A stretch of DNA of 64,000 nt, taken from assembly GCF_964194155.1 (NCBI RefSeq), contig NC_135881.1:168702001-168766000 (forward strand), given 5' to 3'. Made by a program: the position numbers and the translations under genes. Below, piece after piece: positions 60,456 through 64,000 of the stretch. The DNA is from Cetorhinus maximus. Taxonomy: Eukaryota. The stretch's first letter is position 1. Each line of letters starts with the position of its first letter. The notes under the pieces were generated by a model, which had not been told where the DNA came from, made no database searches, and saw nothing but the letters and a program-made list of their open reading frames with translations.

Positions 60456-60829
60456 CTCAAAGAGCTTGTTGGACAGCAGCCATGAGGTCAAATCCTGACA
60501 CTCCCCTTTCACCACTATATCATTACTGAAATGAACTAGTTGAACTTGCTGCATTTGAGTTACTTGGATATGTTCTCGGAGGTTTTGCCACATGAGCTCC
60601 CATTCCAGACGCCCCACACAGTCAAACCACCCTTATTCCACATCTCCAAAGAAACAGGTTCAAAAAGGGGGCCAGGTGATGGGAGATTAGAAAGTCTAAA
60701 GAGAAAAGTAAAGGCAATAGAGCAGTGATGCGATTTAGGTAAAGGCAAGCAGAGTGGACAGGAAGGGGTCATGGGTCTAACAAAAATAGTGCATCAGCAA
60801 ATAAGGCCCATGCAAAGAATAGTAGTGAA

Positions 60830-61860
60830 AAAAATAAAATTAAAGGCCCATTATTGGAATGCTTGAAGCATTTGTAGTAAGATAGATGGTTCATCTATGG
60901 CACAAATAGAGATAAATGGTTTAGATCTAATCACCATTACAGAAACATGGTCACTCGGTGACCAAGGTTAGGAAATAAATATTCCAGGATACACAATACT
61001 TTGAAAAGATAGACAGAATGGAAAAGGAAGAGGAGTAGCCCTGAATGGAAACAATGTCATAAGGACAGTAGAGAAAATATTTTGGCTTAGAAGATCAGGA
61101 GGTAGAATCCGTATGGGAGGGGATTAGGAATAACAAATGTCAGAAAACACGGGTGGTTATACCATTGGACAGGGCATTAAACAAGAAATAATTGGAGTTT
61201 GTAACAAAGGTAAAGTGATTATCGTGGGGGACTTTAACCTTCATGTAGACTGGACAAGTCTACCCTCTATGTCTGGGATTAAATTTATGTCTTCTACTGT
61301 GAAGACAGACACAAAATACTGTTCAATCTCTTTGCCATCTAATCATTCTCCATGATAATTTCTCTTGTCCCTGCATCTCAGAGACCAACGTTTACTTTAA
61401 CGATTCTCCTTTTCATATACCTGTAAGAACTATTAAAATCTGTTTTTATATTCTTGGCTACTTTATTCTCGTATTCTATTTTTTTCCTGTTTTATTAACT
61501 TTTTAGTGGCCCTTTGCTGGTTTCTAAAACATTCCCAATCCTTAGGCTTACTACAATTCTTTGCTACATTATAAGCCTCTTCTTTTAATCTAATTTTATC
61601 CTTAACTTCCTTAGTGAGCCATAGATGAATATTTCTCATGGTTTAGTTACTGCCATGCCATTTAGTCTATTTACTCAAACAACCTTAGCCAGTTCTCCCT
61701 CATTCTAGTGTAATTGGCTTTGTTTAAGTTCAGGAATTTTGTTTGCAATTGGAATATGTCACCTTCAAACGTAACATGGAATTGATTGGTATTATGGTCA
61801 CTATTTCCCAGTGAATCTTTTACATTACTGTTTAACCCTGCTTCATTACACAATATTATA
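60830..61860. mobile_element. CR1 endonuclease fragments in both orientations
   Basis: IVGDFN on the plus strand (about 61220); LGNSDHN on the minus strand (about 61790). Confidence 0.7.
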
Positions 61861-61864
61861 TCTC

Positions 61865-64000
61865 AGAATTACAGAATTATTACGGTCTAGAAGGAGGCCA
61901 TTTAGCCCATTGTTTCTGCACTGGCTCTCTGAGCATTTTAACTTAGTGCCAATCTCCTGCCTTTTCCCCGTAACCCTGCACATCGTTTCTATTTAGATGA
62001 TCATCCAATACCCTCTTGAATGCCTCAATTGAACCTGCCTCCACCACACTTGCAGGTAGTGCATTCCAAACCCTAACTACTCGCTGTGTGAAAAAGTTTT
62101 TTCTCTCCTCGCATTTACTTCTTTTGCAAAACACTTTAAAACTGTGCCCTCTGGTTCTTGATCCATTAATGAGCAGGAACAGTTTCTCCCTATCTAATCT
62201 GTCCAGACTCCTCATGATTTTGAAAACTTCTATCAAGTCTCCTCTCAGCCTTCGCCTCTCCAAGGAAAAGAGTCCGAACTTCTCCAATCTTTACTCATAA
62301 CTGAAGTGTCTCGTCCTTGGAACCATTCTCATAAACCTCTTCTGCACTCTCCCCAATGTATTTACATCCTTCCTATAGTGTGGTGCCCAGAACTGTACAC
62401 AATACTCCAGCTGCGGTATTTTATGTCCATATAAGTTCATCACAACCTCCCTGCTCTTGTACTCTATGCCCCTAGAATACTGTATGCTTTAGAAACAGGT
62501 CTCTCTACCTGTCCTGCCACCTTTAATGACTTATGTATATATACACCAGGTCTTTCTGCTCCTGCACACCCTTTAGAATAGTATCCTTTATTTTATACTG
62601 TCTTGCCATTTTCTTTGTACAAAAGTGTATTACCTCACACTTCTCCGCACTGAAATTCATCTGCCACCTATCTGCCCATTCCACCAATGTGTCAATGTCC
62701 TTTTGAAGTTTTACACTGTCCTCTTTACAGTTTACAATTCTCCCAAGTTTTGTGTCATCCGCAAACTTTGAAATTGTCCCCATGCACACCAAGATCTAGA
62801 TCATTTATACATATCAGGAAGAGCAAGGGTCTCAATATCGACCCCTTGTGAACTCCACTACAAACCTTCTTCCAGCCCCAAAAATACCCATTAACCATTA
62901 CTCTCTGTTTCCTATTCCTCAGCCAATTTTGTATCCACGTTGCTAACACCCCTTTTATTCCATGACCTATAACTTTCCTCACAAGTCTGTTGTGTGGCAC
63001 TGTATCAAACACTTTGGAAATCCATATACACCATGCCAACGGCCTTGCCCTCATCAGCCATCTCTGTTACCTCTTCAAAAAACTCCAGCAAGTTAGTTAG
63101 ACGTGATTTTCCTTTAACAAATCCATGCTGACTCTTCTAAATCAATCCACATTTTTCCATGTGACTATTAATTCCATCCCAAATAATTGTTTCTAGAAGT
63201 TTCCCCAACACTGAAGTTAAGCTGACTGGTCTGTAATTGCAGGGCAGATATTTACAACCTTTTTTGAACAAGGGTGTAAAGTTTGCAATTCTCCAGTCCT
63301 CTGGAACATTCCCCGAATCCGGGGAACACTGAAAGGTTGCCAGTACCTCTGCAATTACCACTCTCACTTCCTTCAATATTCTTGGATGCATCTCCAGTCC
63401 CAGTGCCTTATCAACTTTAGGTACCGACAGCTTATCCAATACCTCCTCCTTATCAATTAGAAGCCCTTCTAGTGACTGAGTTTCCTCCTCGGTCACCATG
63501 GCCTGGGCAGCATCTGCCACGTAGGTAAAGACAGATGCAAAGTATTCATTTAACACCTCAGCCATGCCTCTTGCCTTTATGTACAAATCCCCTTTTTGAT
63601 CCCTAATCGGCCCTACTCCTCCTTTTACCACTCTTTTACTATTGATGTGCTTATAGAATACTTTGGGATTTCCTTTCATGTTAGCTGCCAGTCTTTTTTC
63701 ATAACCCCTCTATGCTTCCCGTATTTGCTTTTTCACATCCCTTCTGAACCTTCTGTATTCAGATTGGCTCTCAATTGTATTTGCTACCTGACACCTGTCG
63801 TAAGCACACTTTTCCTTCTTTAACTTAATTTCCATCTCCTTTGTCATCCAGGGAGCTCTGGATTGGTTTGTCCTACCCTTCCCTTTTGAGGGAACATACC
63901 TTAACTATGCCCAAACCATCTCCTCTTTGAAAGTAGCCCATTGTTCAGCTACTGTTTTTCCCGCCAACCTTTGGTTCCAGTCTATCCGGTCCATTGAAGT
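61865..64000 (-). mobile_element. Relatively young CR1 LINE ORF2 (RT and C-terminus), running off the right edge
   Basis: NYRPVSLTSVLGKLLE, FDTVPH, KFADDTKLG and RRLRGDLIEVFKIM motifs; (attctgta)n-type tail at about 61865. Confidence 0.92.

Overview
Vertebrate genomic DNA, most likely a cartilaginous fish (inferred from the repeat content). Three spliced genes lie on the minus strand, with GT-AG boundaries and exon phases checked by hand: the first two coding exons of an NTF2/NUTF2-like gene (the rest runs off the left edge), a complete 7-exon RBFA (mitochondrial ribosome-binding factor A, 368 aa) and a 5-coding-exon D-2-hydroxyacid dehydrogenase (GRHPR/GhrB-like, 330 aa). Most of the remaining sequence is nested, decayed transposons: CR1 and L2 LINEs, Deu-type and HE1-type SINEs, Gypsy elements and solo LTRs, a pogo-like element, PIF/Harbinger MITEs plus a transposase relic, and a Helentron-type element. 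The most striking signal is a set of Penelope-derived fold-back insertions (0.2-2 kb palindromes with 13-15 bp TSDs), most carrying minimal hammerhead-ribozyme motifs on both strands; one forms a perfect 137-bp hairpin beside the 43-nt RBFA exon 2. Also notable: a 44-bp minisatellite that multiplies NRF1 sites upstream of RBFA, and a decayed tRNA-Pro(UGG) with an insert at the canonical intron position. Repeat boundaries without a stated TSD or TIR are approximate.
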